This document shows positions 12,494 through 23,645 of a stretch of 64,000 nt of DNA, piece by piece; the first letter of the stretch is position 1, and the number at the start of each line of letters is the position of its first letter. Under the pieces are notes generated by a model. It saw only the letters and a list, made by a program, of their open reading frames with translations, had not been told where the DNA came from and ran no database searches. This stretch comes from Caecitellus pseudoparvulus (lineage: Eukaryota; Protista; Bigyra: Bicosoecida): positions 620,001 through 684,000 of the forward strand of contig CBFFRQ010000043.1 of NCBI GenBank assembly GCA_965644315.1. The letters run 5' to 3'. The position numbers and the translations under genes were made by a program.

Positions 12494-14742
12494 ATGGGTG
12501 CCCGCTGGTCCCGTGGAAAGCGCAGCAAAGAGCCTGCAGGCCACCTCAGTGAGCGTCGGGAAAAACCCACACAGTCCCGGCAACGCAAGGATGCCCAGCG
12601 CTCCGGCAGCTCCCACCGAGACAAAGCCAGGAGTAAACGCGAAGAAGGGCGGAAGAGGTGCGTTGCAGCCTGCATTGGGCTGGGTGTCCCTGCTGGCAGC
12701 CGCCGCCAGCGCCCGAGGCTGGCTGGCCTGAGCCCACAAGGGACACTTGCGTTTCGCTGCGCAGGCTACCACCCGAAGCGTATGTGCCAGCAGTGGCGCA
12801 GAGCACGCTGCATCACCTGCAAGTGGCGTATGGCAAGCCGAGTATGGAGCTTGGCTATCAAACAGACGGGTGCGTAGCGTGGTTGGCGCTTTGCAGGCTT
12901 TGGAGGTTGGCAGGCGTTTCTGTCGACTGTCGCGGCTGTGTCCCGCAGCATCCGAGTTCCGGCTATGCACAGCGTGCTCTGGGGGCGCAGTGCGGGTGCC
13001 CGCGCTGTTTTCGTGCATGCCGTGGCACCATCCGCTTGTCGGCACCTTGCACCCCCTCCACCGCCCTTCGCTGCCCGCGCAGGCACGTCGTCGTGAGTGA
13101 AGTGGAGGAGGCATCAGCGGCAGCCGCTGGTGCGTCACTGCTGTATGGGGAGATGCTGCCGCAAGGCGTGGCCAAAGCCATGGACGAGTGGCACCTGCAT
13201 GCAGCTGCGGCCAGTCGCATGGTGGACCTGGGCTGTGGCACGGGCAAGCTGTGCCTGCAGGCTTTCCTGGACCACCCCACGCTGCTGGACGTGTTTGGCG
13301 TGGAGGTGTCCCGGGCACGGTACGGGCTGGGAGAGCGCGCCCTCCTGCGCCTGGCGGCGACGTTCCCCGACACCTTCTCAGTGCTCACCTTTGACTCTGG
13401 CAACACCATCACCCTGGGCGTCCCTGTGGGGCCGGCGTGCAGCATGGCTAGCCACCCTCGACTGGACGCCGCCGCTCTGCTGCGGTGGGTGGCGGGGGAG
13501 ACCCCGCCGGCGGGGGGTGAGGACGAGACGCCCCCCGGCTCTGCAGGGGAGCCTGGGCAAGATGTCCTGCACCCAGCCGACCCACAGCGCAGTGGTAGGT
13601 CTAGCCACAGCCCGGGGGTGGGGGAGGAGGAGGGGGGCGCCGACACCCCTGCCGCCCGCATCCACATCCCCCCCACCCCCGTGCGCACCAGCAGCAGTGG
13701 CGGGCTTGGGCGGGCGCCTCCAGAGGCTGACGTCGCTGCCGCCTCCAAGGCCGGCCTGGAGGCACCCCCCCACCTGCCGTCCCCCACCACGCCGCCCCCC
13801 CACACCTGCTGCTCCGTGGCCTATGACCCGGCGGCGTGGCGCACCCTGCGCCTGGCGTGGGGGGACATGTTCGACACCTGCCACGTGGGCACGGCTGACC
13901 TCATCTGCCTGGAGACGGACGTGCCCACCTCCTGCTACCCCATGCTGGCAGCCCTGCTCCGGGCTGCCGCCGGCGGCGCCCGCATCCTCTCCTACCTGAA
14001 CCTGGCAGAGGTGTGGCCCTTTGAAATGCGGCGCTTCTTCAACTTGGAGCAGCTCGTCATCAACCGCTCCCCCTACGACCGCTTCTGGACCTCCTGGTCC
14101 TACGTCAACGGCCACAAGTTTTTCCTGTGGCAAGTCACGCGTAAGCCGCAGCACCTGCAGGTGGATGTGCGGCGCCAAGCTGACGGCACGACACACGTGC
14201 TGGTCACCGTCCCCTCGCCGCCGCCCCAGGTGGGCGCTGGGGGGCCCCTCATCACTCGGGATGGGCGGGGCTTCGAGCCGCCTGAGCCCCTGCGCCTGCC
14301 CGGCGGAGGTCACATGTCCGGAGTCCCACAGTGGACCTGGGCCGATGTCTGCGCCGTGCATGGGGCGGGGCGCAGGCCGCGCCTGCTGGCGTTTGGCGGG
14401 CTGCTGAACCACTTCAACGGCTGCCTGCGCCTGCACCAGGACACGCCCCTCACCTTCATGGCGGGGCACGGCCTGGGCACCTGCTCCCCTGCCGAGAGCG
14501 TGTCCCTGTCTGACTCCGACTCGCCCAGCCGCAGCCCTGTCCGCCGGCCCTCCACGCCGTCACCCGCCACTCTCCTCCCCCTCAAGACGGCTGGCTCCGC
14601 CGCAGTGCACCCCTCCCCGCCCTCTCCCTGCCTGGACAGCAGCCACACACACCCCCGCCCAGCCTCCTGCGAAGCCAAGTGGCGAGGGGAGCCGTCTCTG
14701 CCCGGCACTGTCGGGCGCCACGCGGGTGAGTTCGCCCCGTGA
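12494..14742 (+). CDS. DOT1-like class I SAM-dependent methyltransferase
   Basis: Exons 12494-12657, 12765-12869, 13083-14742 splice in frame. Motifs LLYGE, VDLGCGTGK, FGVE, WGDMF, GARILSY and FWTSWS are typical of the DOT1 fold. Confidence 0.75.
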
Positions 14743-14868
14743 CCCTGCCCTGCCAGCCCAAGGCGCCTGCTGTGGCAGTGGGCGCGGTGTCCGTACCTCC
14801 TCCAGGCACTCCCCAGTGCTCTACTGCTGCCTGGAAATGCATGCATTCAGTCGGACGCGCCGCACTCG

Positions 14869-17800
14869 TCACTTGCGCCGCTTCTTGCTGCCCTTGTGCT
14901 TCTTGCCACCCTTGCCACCCTTGCCACCCTTGCCCTTCGCCGCCGTCTGGCGGGGGGGGGGTGTCGGGGGCGCCTGCTCCGCCTCATCCCCTGACAAGTC
15001 GTAGTCCTCTGCCGCAGCGAACACCGCCCGGCGAGGGCGCTTGGTGCCCTTCTTGCCCACCACAGGGGCCTCCTCCTCCTCCTCACTGTCGCTGCCGAGC
15101 ACAGCCGCCCCGTCAAACGCCGGGTCTGAGCCGCCTTCCGAGTCTGACGCAGCACCCTCCTGCTCCTCCTCCCCCTCCACCTCCTCTGGCAGGTCGTAGG
15201 CAAAGTCGTCCAAGTCGTCGTCCTCGCCGTCCTCCATGCCTGTCGTGGCGGCGTGCTCCGCCATCAGCTCCTCTGCCAGCTCATCCGCAAAGGCGTCCGC
15301 CTCGTCATCCCCCACCTCCTCGTCCGCAGGCCCTCGCAGGGGGGCCGCCTCCCCCGCCTCTGCCGCCCGCTGGGCACGCGCCTGGAAGAAGCCGTGCATG
15401 AAGGCCTCCTCCGCCCGCACCTTGGAGGCGGGCAGCGCAGCGAAGGCCTTGCTGTCCGCCGGCGTGGCAACCGCCGCGAACCCCGTGCGCATGCCCTGCA
15501 TGCCCCGGCGCTGCATCACGCTGGGCCCACGCAGGGTCCCTGCGACCAGCGCGTCCGCCTGCGCGTCCTCGTCGTCTGAGTCGGCAGCCTCCGCCGCAGC
15601 AGCAGCCCCCTTGGCGGCCACGGCCGCCACGGCCTTCTTCTTGGGCTTGCGGAAGGCCAGGCGGTCCAGGAAGGCCATGAGGGTCATGTCCGCCATGGGG
15701 TCGCCGTCGTACTGGATGCCAGGGCCGCCGGCAGGCCCGCCCTGCGCCAGCACCAGCTCCGCGAACCGGCGCACGCTGGGATGGTAGTGCGTGGCCAGTG
15801 TCAGCAGCTCCCACAGGCAGGCTGACGCTGCGCCGCTGTCGCTGGGGTCCCGCGCACGGGGGTCGTACATGCCTGCCTGGGGACGCGTATCCCGCCGCCG
15901 CCGCCGCCGCTGCTGCTGCTGCTGCTGCTGCTGCTCGTCACCCGCTGCGTCGGAGCCTTCGCCCCCTGCCCCCTGCAGCAACGGATCACCCTCCTCCTCA
16001 TCCTCATCCTCGGCATCATCGCTGGCGCTGCCGGCGTCACTGTCCGTGCCGCTGCCTGGCTTGCCGCTCCGGTCAGCGCCAGCCGCTACCTCTGGCTGGT
16101 GCAGCATGCCCAGCACACCTGGCCGTTCCCGCAGGAGCGTGGACAGCAGCACCAGGATGCCACAGGCCAGGGGGGGTGCCGCCGTCGCCGCGACCTGGGC
16201 CAGGCGCTTGGCCACCGCCCGCACCCTGAGGGCAGAGGGTTCGTGGCGGAGCACTCGGAACACGAGGTTGAGCAGCATGTGGTGCGCCCGCCGGGTGGTG
16301 AGGAGGTCGGGGTCCAGCAGCGCGTCGTACAGCGCCTTGAAGAAGCGGTGCATGGTGCGGCCGCCGGGGGACGCCAGCGCGGAGGTGGCCGTGGCGGCGG
16401 CATCCGCTGCCGCGACGTCGCCCCCCTCCCGCTCCACGAGGGCCTTGCCCACTGCGTGGATGAGCATGAGGGCCTGCACCCGGGTGCCGTAGGGGCCGCC
16501 GCGGGTGACTTGGAACACGGCGTCCAGCTGGGACACGAGGGGCGCCAGGGCGGGGGGGACCCCCCCCTCACCCCCCTCGCCCCCCTCCATGCCCAGCACA
16601 TACGGCAGGGCCCTGTTCAGGCCCGTGAGGATGGCGGCCAGCATGCGGGAGCCCAGGGCGGCGGAGGAGACACGGGTGATGGTGGCCGCCGCCGCCGCCT
16701 TGGCGGCCTTCTTGCCAGCGGGGGGGGCGGCGGCGTCCCCCTCCTCTGCCGCCTTGGCCGGGGCGTGGCGCCCCTTGCGAGGTTTCTCCACGAGGGTTTG
16801 CTGGAAGACGAGGAGGTAGGTGGACAGGACGAGCGATGTGAGGTCGCCCCACTCCCGGTGCAGCGGCAGCTGGGACAGGAAGGACAGGCCGTAGAACTGC
16901 CCGCGCTGGGGGGAGCGCGGGTCCAGCACGAACGTGCGCAGCGCCTTCACCACCACTGTCTTCATGGCCGTGTGCTTCAGGCACAGCGTGTGCAGGTGGT
17001 GCTGAGCGTTGGTGGCGACCTTGCGGTCTGGGTCGCCAAGCTTGTTCACCAGCAGACTCAGCAGGCGCCCCTCGCCTTCGGGGGCGCCTTCCAGCAGCTG
17101 TGCGGCGCAGCGCATGCTGCTGCGTTTCATGTGTGCCATGGCGTCATTCGCGCCGTCCTCCAGGGCGCTGAGAAACGCCCCGTACACTGCCCGCAGCTCC
17201 TCTTCGAACGCCCACAGGACGAGGAACGCGGGAGAGGGGGGCGCTGCCACCCATGTGCCTGCCGTTGCAGCGCCACCCTTGGCACCGCCCTTGGCGTCGT
17301 CTGCTGCGCCGCCCTTGCGCCGGCGGCCACCACGCCTGCGTTTCTTGGCGCTCTCCCCCGACACGCCGGCAGCAGAGCCAGCAGAGGCGGCGGGCGCCTT
17401 GGCGGGGTGTGCAGCAGCCCATGCCGCCACAGACGCATCAAAAGTTCGCAGACGTCGGTCGTGTGGCAGCAGGTTGGTGAGGAACAAATCCTTGGTGGTG
17501 TCCAGGGCCAAGTACGCCTCCTTCCGCACGCGCTTGGCGCACATGTTCACCAGCGCCCGCACGTGGCGCAGGGAGTGCAAGGCGTCTTGCTGCGTCATGA
17601 GGGCCATGGCAGCGACGCGGTCCGAGCGCGTGCCGCTGCTCAGCACCTGCCGCAGCCACTGCCCGTCCCGGCTTCGGTCCGCTTCTGCCACCTCCATGTG
17701 TGCTGCGCCCTCGGCACGCAGTGCCTCCATGCCAGCCGAGCGCCACTCGCCCACCAGTGCAGGCGTGATGAGCAGGGTGCCAGTGGCAGTGGCGGTCGCT

Positions 17801-18087
17801 GGCGCAGCGGCGGGCGTGTCCTGGCCAGCGCCAAACACGGTGCGTTTGGCGGCAGAGGCCCCTGGGACGGCGATGGTGGAGGGGTCGTATGTGTACCAGT
17901 TGCCCTCGTGCAGGGCCATGAAGTGGCCGCCGCCGGGGGTGGCGGAGGCCGCCTTGTCCACGCCCCGCATGTGTGCTCCCAGCTTCACGCCTGTTCCGCT
18001 GCTGCTGCCGGTGAAGCGGGAACGCCCCCGCTCCCCACCCCGGCCCTCCACGTCGACATCACGAGCCGGTGCAAAGCTGGACGCCAT
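14869..18087 (-). CDS. NOC1: Ribosome biogenesis protein NOC1/MAK21/CEBPZ (CBF domain)
   Basis: Intronless ORF. Contains SGTRSDRVAAM, LLVNKLGDPDRKVATNA, YDPRARDP..ACLWEL..HYHPSV..F and TLMAFLDRLAFRKPK, plus an acidic then basic C-tail. Confidence 0.93.
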   Translation of the reverse strand: MASSFAPARDVDVEGRGGERGRSRFTGSSSGTGVKLGAHMRGVDKAASATPGGGHFMALHEGNWYTYDPSTIAVPGASAAKRTVFGAGQDTPAAAPATATATGTLLITPALVGEWRSAGMEALRAEGAAHMEVAEADRSRDGQWLRQVLSSGTRSDRVAAMALMTQQDALHSLRHVRALVNMCAKRVRKEAYLALDTTKDLFLTNLLPHDRRLRTFDASVAAWAAAHPAKAPAASAGSAAGVSGESAKKRRRGGRRRKGGAADDAKGGAKGGAATAGTWVAAPPSPAFLVLWAFEEELRAVYGAFLSALEDGANDAMAHMKRSSMRCAAQLLEGAPEGEGRLLSLLVNKLGDPDRKVATNAQHHLHTLCLKHTAMKTVVVKALRTFVLDPRSPQRGQFYGLSFLSQLPLHREWGDLTSLVLSTYLLVFQQTLVEKPRKGRHAPAKAAEEGDAAAPPAGKKAAKAAAAATITRVSSAALGSRMLAAILTGLNRALPYVLGMEGGEGGEGGVPPALAPLVSQLDAVFQVTRGGPYGTRVQALMLIHAVGKALVEREGGDVAAADAAATATSALASPGGRTMHRFFKALYDALLDPDLLTTRRAHHMLLNLVFRVLRHEPSALRVRAVAKRLAQVAATAAPPLACGILVLLSTLLRERPGVLGMLHQPEVAAGADRSGKPGSGTDSDAGSASDDAEDEDEEEGDPLLQGAGGEGSDAAGDEQQQQQQQQRRRRRRDTRPQAGMYDPRARDPSDSGAASACLWELLTLATHYHPSVRRFAELVLAQGGPAGGPGIQYDGDPMADMTLMAFLDRLAFRKPKKKAVAAVAAKGAAAAAEAADSDDEDAQADALVAGTLRGPSVMQRRGMQGMRTGFAAVATPADSKAFAALPASKVRAEEAFMHGFFQARAQRAAEAGEAAPLRGPADEEVGDDEADAFADELAEELMAEHAATTGMEDGEDDDLDDFAYDLPEEVEGEEEQEGAASDSEGGSDPAFDGAAVLGSDSEEEEEAPVVGKKGTKRPRRAVFAAAEDYDLSGDEAEQAPPTPPPRQTAAKGKGGKGGKGGKKHKGSKKRRK
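15891..15934 (-). repeat. CAG/CGG trinucleotide runs (polyQ then polyR) within NOC1
   Basis: (ccg)n(ctg)n on + encodes QQQQQQQQ followed by RRRRRR. Confidence 0.8.
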
Positions 18088-18467
18088 GTTGCAGCAGGTG
18101 GGCTGCGCGGGCTTGCTGTGCAGCCGGCGCTGAGAGGGGAGAAAGTGGCTGTGCTGCGGTGCAATTTCCGCAGCGGCCAGGCACACTTTGCTTGCCTCCT
18201 GCTGGCCCTCTGCGAGGGACCGCAACCTGTGGCGCGGAGTAAAGATCAAGCGAGTGAAGTTAGCCACAGGGAGGCAGTTGTGACTGCATGCTTGCGCGGT
18301 ACCCGAGGTCGGTGGGCCCCCTACTCATCTGCGAAAGCTGTAAGCCTCGGGCACATTGTGCCTGCAGGCAAAAGCAAGTGGGCCGCGAGGCACTCCTGGC
18401 CCACAGCCTGCTGACAGGCGCTGCCTTCTGTACTGCTCGTTCCCTCACAAGCCACAGGCGTCGGGGC

Positions 18468-19451
18468 ATGGCTGCTGAGGGCGGGGAGGAGGCAGAGTGG
18501 CAGCCGGCGTGGAAGGCCCGTGGAGGCAGGCGGCGGCGGCAAGGCTCCCGGCGAGGGGCTGGAGCGGCGGGGCAGACGGCTACTTCCACCCTGCACCACG
18601 TGACGTCCGAACGGAATGCGGAGGAGACCGCCACTGACCTCAAGCTTCGAGTGCGGGGGTGCAGTGGCGCCGAGTACAGCGAGAGGGTCGCGGAAATTGC
18701 TTGCGACAGCTGCATTTCGGGGGACTTCACAGCCATCATGGTGGGAGTGGGCATGCCGGCAACGCGGCGCAGCTCCCGTGATCAGCTCGCCTTCTTCCTG
18801 GCCGTCAGGAATCTTGTGCAGCGCCACGATGAAGGCAACACCTGCGTGGACACGCTGGTGGTCGAGCCGCAGCTGCAAGCCGCAGACCTGGCGCTGCTGC
18901 ACACGCTGAAGTGCAGGACCCTGCAGCCGGCCCTCGGCAGGCCCACCTCGCTGGATGACTTCGCCTACCTCACTGACGCCCTGGCTGCTGGTCCTGTCCT
19001 GCTCTACCTGCCCTTTGTCCCCATGAGCGTGCTGGCGCCGCTCTTCGGGTGGCTCATCACGCAAGGTGCAGCGCAGGACCTGCGCCGCCTGCTCGTGGTG
19101 TCCAACGACCTCACAGGGCGGGGCCAGCACGCCGCCCACGACGACGCCCTCATGGACGGAATGCCCCCTGCAGCGCAGGCCTTCTGCAGGGGCCTGGCAG
19201 GCGTGAGCCACAGCGCAGGCGGCACGCTGGACATGCCAGCACCCCACCCCAGCTGCGCCCTGACACAATGGGCCATCCGCCTGCCAGACAGGGACTGGGA
19301 GCCGGGCGTGTCGGTGAAGAGCCCCGAGTGGCGCATGCCAGGGCAGGAGGCGGCGTCTGCCCTCCGAGACCTGCGTGTGTGGACTCTGCAGTGCCCAGTG
19401 TCCGGAGAGGGGGCGGCGCAGGGAGGGCACAGTGCAAAATCACACACGTGA
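18468..19451 (+). CDS. SRR1-domain protein (SRRD-like)
   Basis: VGVG..SSRDQLAFF..VVEPQLQAADLALL..LLYLPFVP..LLVVSNDL follows the SRR1 pattern (GLG..QLA..DP.F..D..LFYMPH..GNS). Confidence 0.65.
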   Translation: MAAEGGEEAEWQPAWKARGGRRRRQGSRRGAGAAGQTATSTLHHVTSERNAEETATDLKLRVRGCSGAEYSERVAEIACDSCISGDFTAIMVGVGMPATRRSSRDQLAFFLAVRNLVQRHDEGNTCVDTLVVEPQLQAADLALLHTLKCRTLQPALGRPTSLDDFAYLTDALAAGPVLLYLPFVPMSVLAPLFGWLITQGAAQDLRRLLVVSNDLTGRGQHAAHDDALMDGMPPAAQAFCRGLAGVSHSAGGTLDMPAPHPSCALTQWAIRLPDRDWEPGVSVKSPEWRMPGQEAASALRDLRVWTLQCPVSGEGAAQGGHSAKSHT

Positions 19452-19547
19452 GCTGCACCCCACCCGACTCAGTCCTGTTGTTGAATGCATGTGCGGTGTG
19501 CGTGTCGCGAGCCCGAGCCCGGCTGCACAGCGTCGCCAGCGGGCAGC

Positions 19548-20501
19548 ATGGCGGCCGCTGAGCCAGAGGCGCCGAAAGACGTCACAGCCAACGAGCTGAA
19601 GGAGCTGGAGCGTGTGTTTGAGTTCCTGTGCGACTTTGCGCCCAAGAACAAGCTGAACAACCTGCTCAAGCCCAAGCTGGAGCGCAAGCAGAAGATCCTC
19701 AGCTACAAGAAGAACCCAGAGGCCGTGAAGCTGGTGGACGACACAGGCCGGGAGCTGTCGGATGACCTCATTGACGCCGAGCTGCAGCGGCTGGAAGAGG
19801 AAATCGGCGACATCGAGGCGCAGATCAACACCATCAAGTCCAAGCAGGACAAGAAGGTGAAGCCTAAGGACCTGCAGGAGGCCCTGGCCTTCCTCGGCAA
19901 GCGCTCCAGCAAGGTGCGGAAGTAGCGACGCAGCGCACGATCTTTACTTGTCGAAGGCAGGCGCCGCTCCATGCCTGCGCGCTGCACAGAAGGAGATCGA
20001 AGACATGATTTGGGAGGTGGACGAGAATCTGGACGGCTGCGTGGACTGGGAGGAGTTCCAGCTCATGTTCCAGCGCAACATCAAAGACACAACGGGTGAG
20101 GCGGCGTGGGCCCTAAAACCGCAGGCAGGCGCCGGCAGCAGCCCCCCCCCACGCACCCCCCCCAGGCAAGGAGCCTTTCCAGCTGTTCAACGTCGTGCAG
20201 TTCATGATGTACGACGTGGACTTCTCAGGGGAGGTGTCTGTGGACGAAACCATGCACATGCTGTACGCTCGGTATGGCAAGGCGAGGCTTGAGCGCGAGA
20301 TGAAGGTGAGTGTGCCAGGCTTGCGAACTGGCTCGGGCAGCTCCCGTCACACCAAGCGCGTGCGCTGCACAGGCGCTCTTCGGGGACAAGCTGCACAATG
20401 GAAACGGCACGTTGACCTTCCTGGACTACCTCAAGGCGGTCTCAGTGCGCGTGCCGCGCGACCCTCGCTTGGGGCGCAAGGGTGTGGGCGTGCCAGTGTA
20501 A
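19548..20501 (+). CDS. Calmodulin-like EF-hand protein
   Basis: Exons 19548-19913, 19990-20095, 20166-20305, 20373-20501. EF loops [12 protein letters not shown] and [12 protein letters not shown]; strongly biased codon usage. Confidence 0.88.
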
Positions 20502-21403
20502 CGCATTTGGCCGCAGGCCCCCCCCCCGCACACGGACGGGGAGGGCTCTCTGTCAGGGCACCGCACCCAGCACCCTCCAAACATGCAAGTCTACTGTGTG
20601 GACAGGCTGCAGTGGCCGGCGCGTGCAGGGCGGCGCAGCGGAGGTCAGCGCATGTGACGCGGCTTCCCGCATCAGGCGCGCATCACACATCACACGCTGA
20701 CACCCCACCGGATCCGAGCTTTGAATGCAGCACGCCCAAGGCACACTGCCACCAAGTTGACTGCGTTCATGTGGGCCCATGCATGCTGCCACTTGCGACA
20801 CTTGCAGTGCGCGAGGTAGCACACTGCACACTTACAGCCTCTCCTCGTGCTAGTGAACGAACCCCTCCTACGGCACCCCCAGCCCACGCCTGCGCGCCCA
20901 CGCCCGCCTGCGTCAAAAACCAGTCAACACCGGACCTGCATCCCCACGCTTTGCACCAGCTGCCTGCAACACTTGCCCCTGCAGGCGCGCCGTCAAGCGC
21001 AGGGAGCCTGCAGCAACGTTACTGCCTGCACTGCCCCAGCAGGCAGAAGCAGCCGTCGCCACGCCAGCTCGTCGCGCCTTGCGTAGGGCGCTGGCAGGCC
21101 TGCGCACCGCAAGCCCGAACCACCCTGTGCTCCAACACGTACAAAGTGGCGATTAAGCATGCAAGCTGTGCGCGAGGTGCCCCAGTTGGCGCCTGGGCTG
21201 CGTGCTGAGGTGCTGCCTGTGGCCATCCCCAAGACGCCGCCCTGCAGGGCAGCAACGCAAAGGTGTGTGCTGCACCGCCACCTCACACTGCAGGGGCACC
21301 CCTCGGCCTGCTGCAGCTGCCCACGACGCGGCACTGGGCGGCCAGCACAATCAAGAGTCTGCAGCAGGGACTGCTGGCGCCGACGCTGTCGGCGGGCCTG
21401 CTT

Positions 21404-22062
21404 TCACGCGTCAGCTGCCCCTTGCTTCGCAGAGGCAGCCTTCAGGCACGTGCGGAAGAGCAGCCGCAGCAGCTGACGCAGCCGTGCCTGCTCTTGTCCG
21501 GCCCCGTGTTCGAGAGGTGCTTTGAGTCGGCGGGCTTCCTCCCTCTGTGCATTCCATGTGGTCTGGGCGTGCATGAATTCGGGCTGCGCGGCGCAGGCCT
21601 CCCTCCTCGGCGAGCGCTGCTGCCTGTGCTGAGCGGACGATGCATGCAGCAGCCTGGCACTCCGCCCAGACGAGCCTTCCCGTTGCACAGGCAGGGCCTG
21701 GCCGAAGCTCTGCAGGGCACAGCTGCCCCTAGATTCAGAATCCTGGTCTTGGCCGTCGTGGATGGCGTCCTGCATGGGGTGCGTGCCTCCGCAGCGGGCT
21801 TCGCCGTGGTGCCAGGCCAGGCAGCAAGAAACGCACTTTCGACCGCTGCTGCCCTCACCCGCAGGCGCTGACGCCACCACTGCGGCGCACGCTCATCCAG
21901 GGCAGTGACAGGGAGGCCGTCACCCCTTTCTTTACGAAACCGCCTTCTTCGGAGCTGGCCGCGGCCTCTGCTGCCACGCATCTCGTGCAGGACCTGTGCG
22001 TTGCCTGGCCCCAGCACCTCGCCACCATTGACACCGTTCTTTTGACCCCGCAATGCCGCCAT
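21404..22062 (-). CDS. Possible hypothetical protein (about 189 aa, 2 exons)
   Basis: ATG at 22062; a GTGAGG..ATGCAG intron (21858-21770) joins two open frames in phase. No recognisable domain. Confidence 0.3.
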
Positions 22063-22317
22063 GTCCGCAGGCTCGCCGCCGTGGAAAGGCGTGGCAGTAC
22101 AACACACCACGCAGCGCTGTCTGGAGTGCCTGGCCTGCTCAGCAACGTCTCTGTCGCCAGGGACCGGCACGGGCGAGCGGGCGTGGGAGCAGTGACATTC
22201 GCTGCCTCGCTCGCTCGGCCAGGGGCGCTGCAGGCACTGGCGGCGCTGCCACACATTCGCGCAGACCCAGTTCACGCCGCCCACATGGCACATCATGCAC
22301 ATGCAGTGCCTTTGCCT

Positions 22318-23262
22318 ATGAACACAGCTTGGACCAGCCCCGCCACAGCCCCCGCGCCGACTCCAACCCTGCAGCCACATTCGGCGTGGTGGGGCGGAAA
22401 GCCAGGCGCACAAACACTGCCGCACCCCCCCCAAGCCGCCGCCAGCGCGGGGACAACAACCATGGCATGGGGAGGCTTCCAGTCGTTCGATTTTACAGGG
22501 TGGGGGCCGCGCCCCATGACCCAAATGCCCTTCCCCCTGCACCACGCACGGCCTGCCTCGGCAGCCTCACACGCTTTGACGGTTGCTGGCGTTCGGCTGG
22601 GCGGCGGGCCGGCCCCTGGGCCCGACGGCACGCCCTCCCCTGAGCCAGACCTGCAGTCACACCCTTCCCGTGTGCTGGCCCACCTGGCCATCACCCTGCC
22701 CCTGCCTGAGCCCCTGGCGGGGGACTGCACCATTCCCCTGCCTCCCACGCAGCCTGGCGTGCAAGTGCACCGGGTCGTGTGCCAGCTGTCCGACGGCACC
22801 CTCATGCAGTTCTCCCCCAGCATGGGCGGGAAGTCCCCGGCCTTTCCTCTGCAGGCGCCCCGGCGCCGGGCATCAGCGGGCGCAACCCCGCCGGACTCGA
22901 CCCCGCTCGACCACGTCAATTGGTCCACTGCTTCCGCAATGGTTGGCGACGGCCATACGCGCCGCCCTGCCGGGGGCACACCCCCGCCCTCCACACCCAG
23001 TACCTGGAGTCAAGCCATTCCCCCTCGCATGGCCCGACGGGAGGGAGGAGTGAAGCGCCCCCCTCCTGCGGCTCCAGCCCACCTTGCCACTGGCAAGCCT
23101 GCCAGTGCGTGGCTGGGCGTGGCGCTCCGACCTGCCACGACGCCCTTGCAGAGCATTATGGGCGGCGCAGCGCCCCCATCCAAGCGCCCTCGTCGTCAAC
23201 GGGCTGAGTTGTCTGTGTCCTTCTCTGAAACATGCGACAGTCCCAGCTCTGCGACACTGTGA
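22318..23262 (+). CDS. Hypothetical Pro-rich, largely disordered protein
   Basis: Open frame 21985-23262 with coding-like codon usage and a KRPRR NLS-like motif. Start codon uncertain. Confidence 0.5.
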   Translation: MNTAWTSPATAPAPTPTLQPHSAWWGGKPGAQTLPHPPQAAASAGTTTMAWGGFQSFDFTGWGPRPMTQMPFPLHHARPASAASHALTVAGVRLGGGPAPGPDGTPSPEPDLQSHPSRVLAHLAITLPLPEPLAGDCTIPLPPTQPGVQVHRVVCQLSDGTLMQFSPSMGGKSPAFPLQAPRRRASAGATPPDSTPLDHVNWSTASAMVGDGHTRRPAGGTPPPSTPSTWSQAIPPRMARREGGVKRPPPAAPAHLATGKPASAWLGVALRPATTPLQSIMGGAAPPSKRPRRQRAELSVSFSETCDSPSSATL

Positions 23263-23645
23263 GCGGCTCCCTGAAACTCCGCATGCACCTGCCACCGCCG
23301 CGAAACAGGCCTTGCCTGTCGCGCACCACGGGCCGCCGGACGGCAATTGCCTGTATGTTTAGTATATCAGTGTCCTGTTGGCACTGTTCGTCTGTCTCTC
23401 AATCCAGTGATGTGTCCCCGCACTTGCCTCTCGGCAAAAACGCCACGCTCGAAAGTCGGCGAAATTCGCTGACCTGCCAAGCCTGTGAAACCGCTGCTGG
23501 CGGCAAAATAGCAAGCCTTGCGGAGATCATCAGCTGACTGCGAAGCCGCTGTGTGTGCAGCTCACCTGTGCAGGCCTTCAGCCCCGCACTGGGCCGCAGG
23601 GAGGGCCCCAGGCCCTCGAACGCCCACCTCGACAAAAGTGTTGGC

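Noticed and set aside
11570-13318. 582-aa - strand ORF extending UTP20 upstream
   Set aside because: UTP20 similarity begins at ATG 12091. The upstream part overlaps the divergent methyltransferase gene and looks non-coding.
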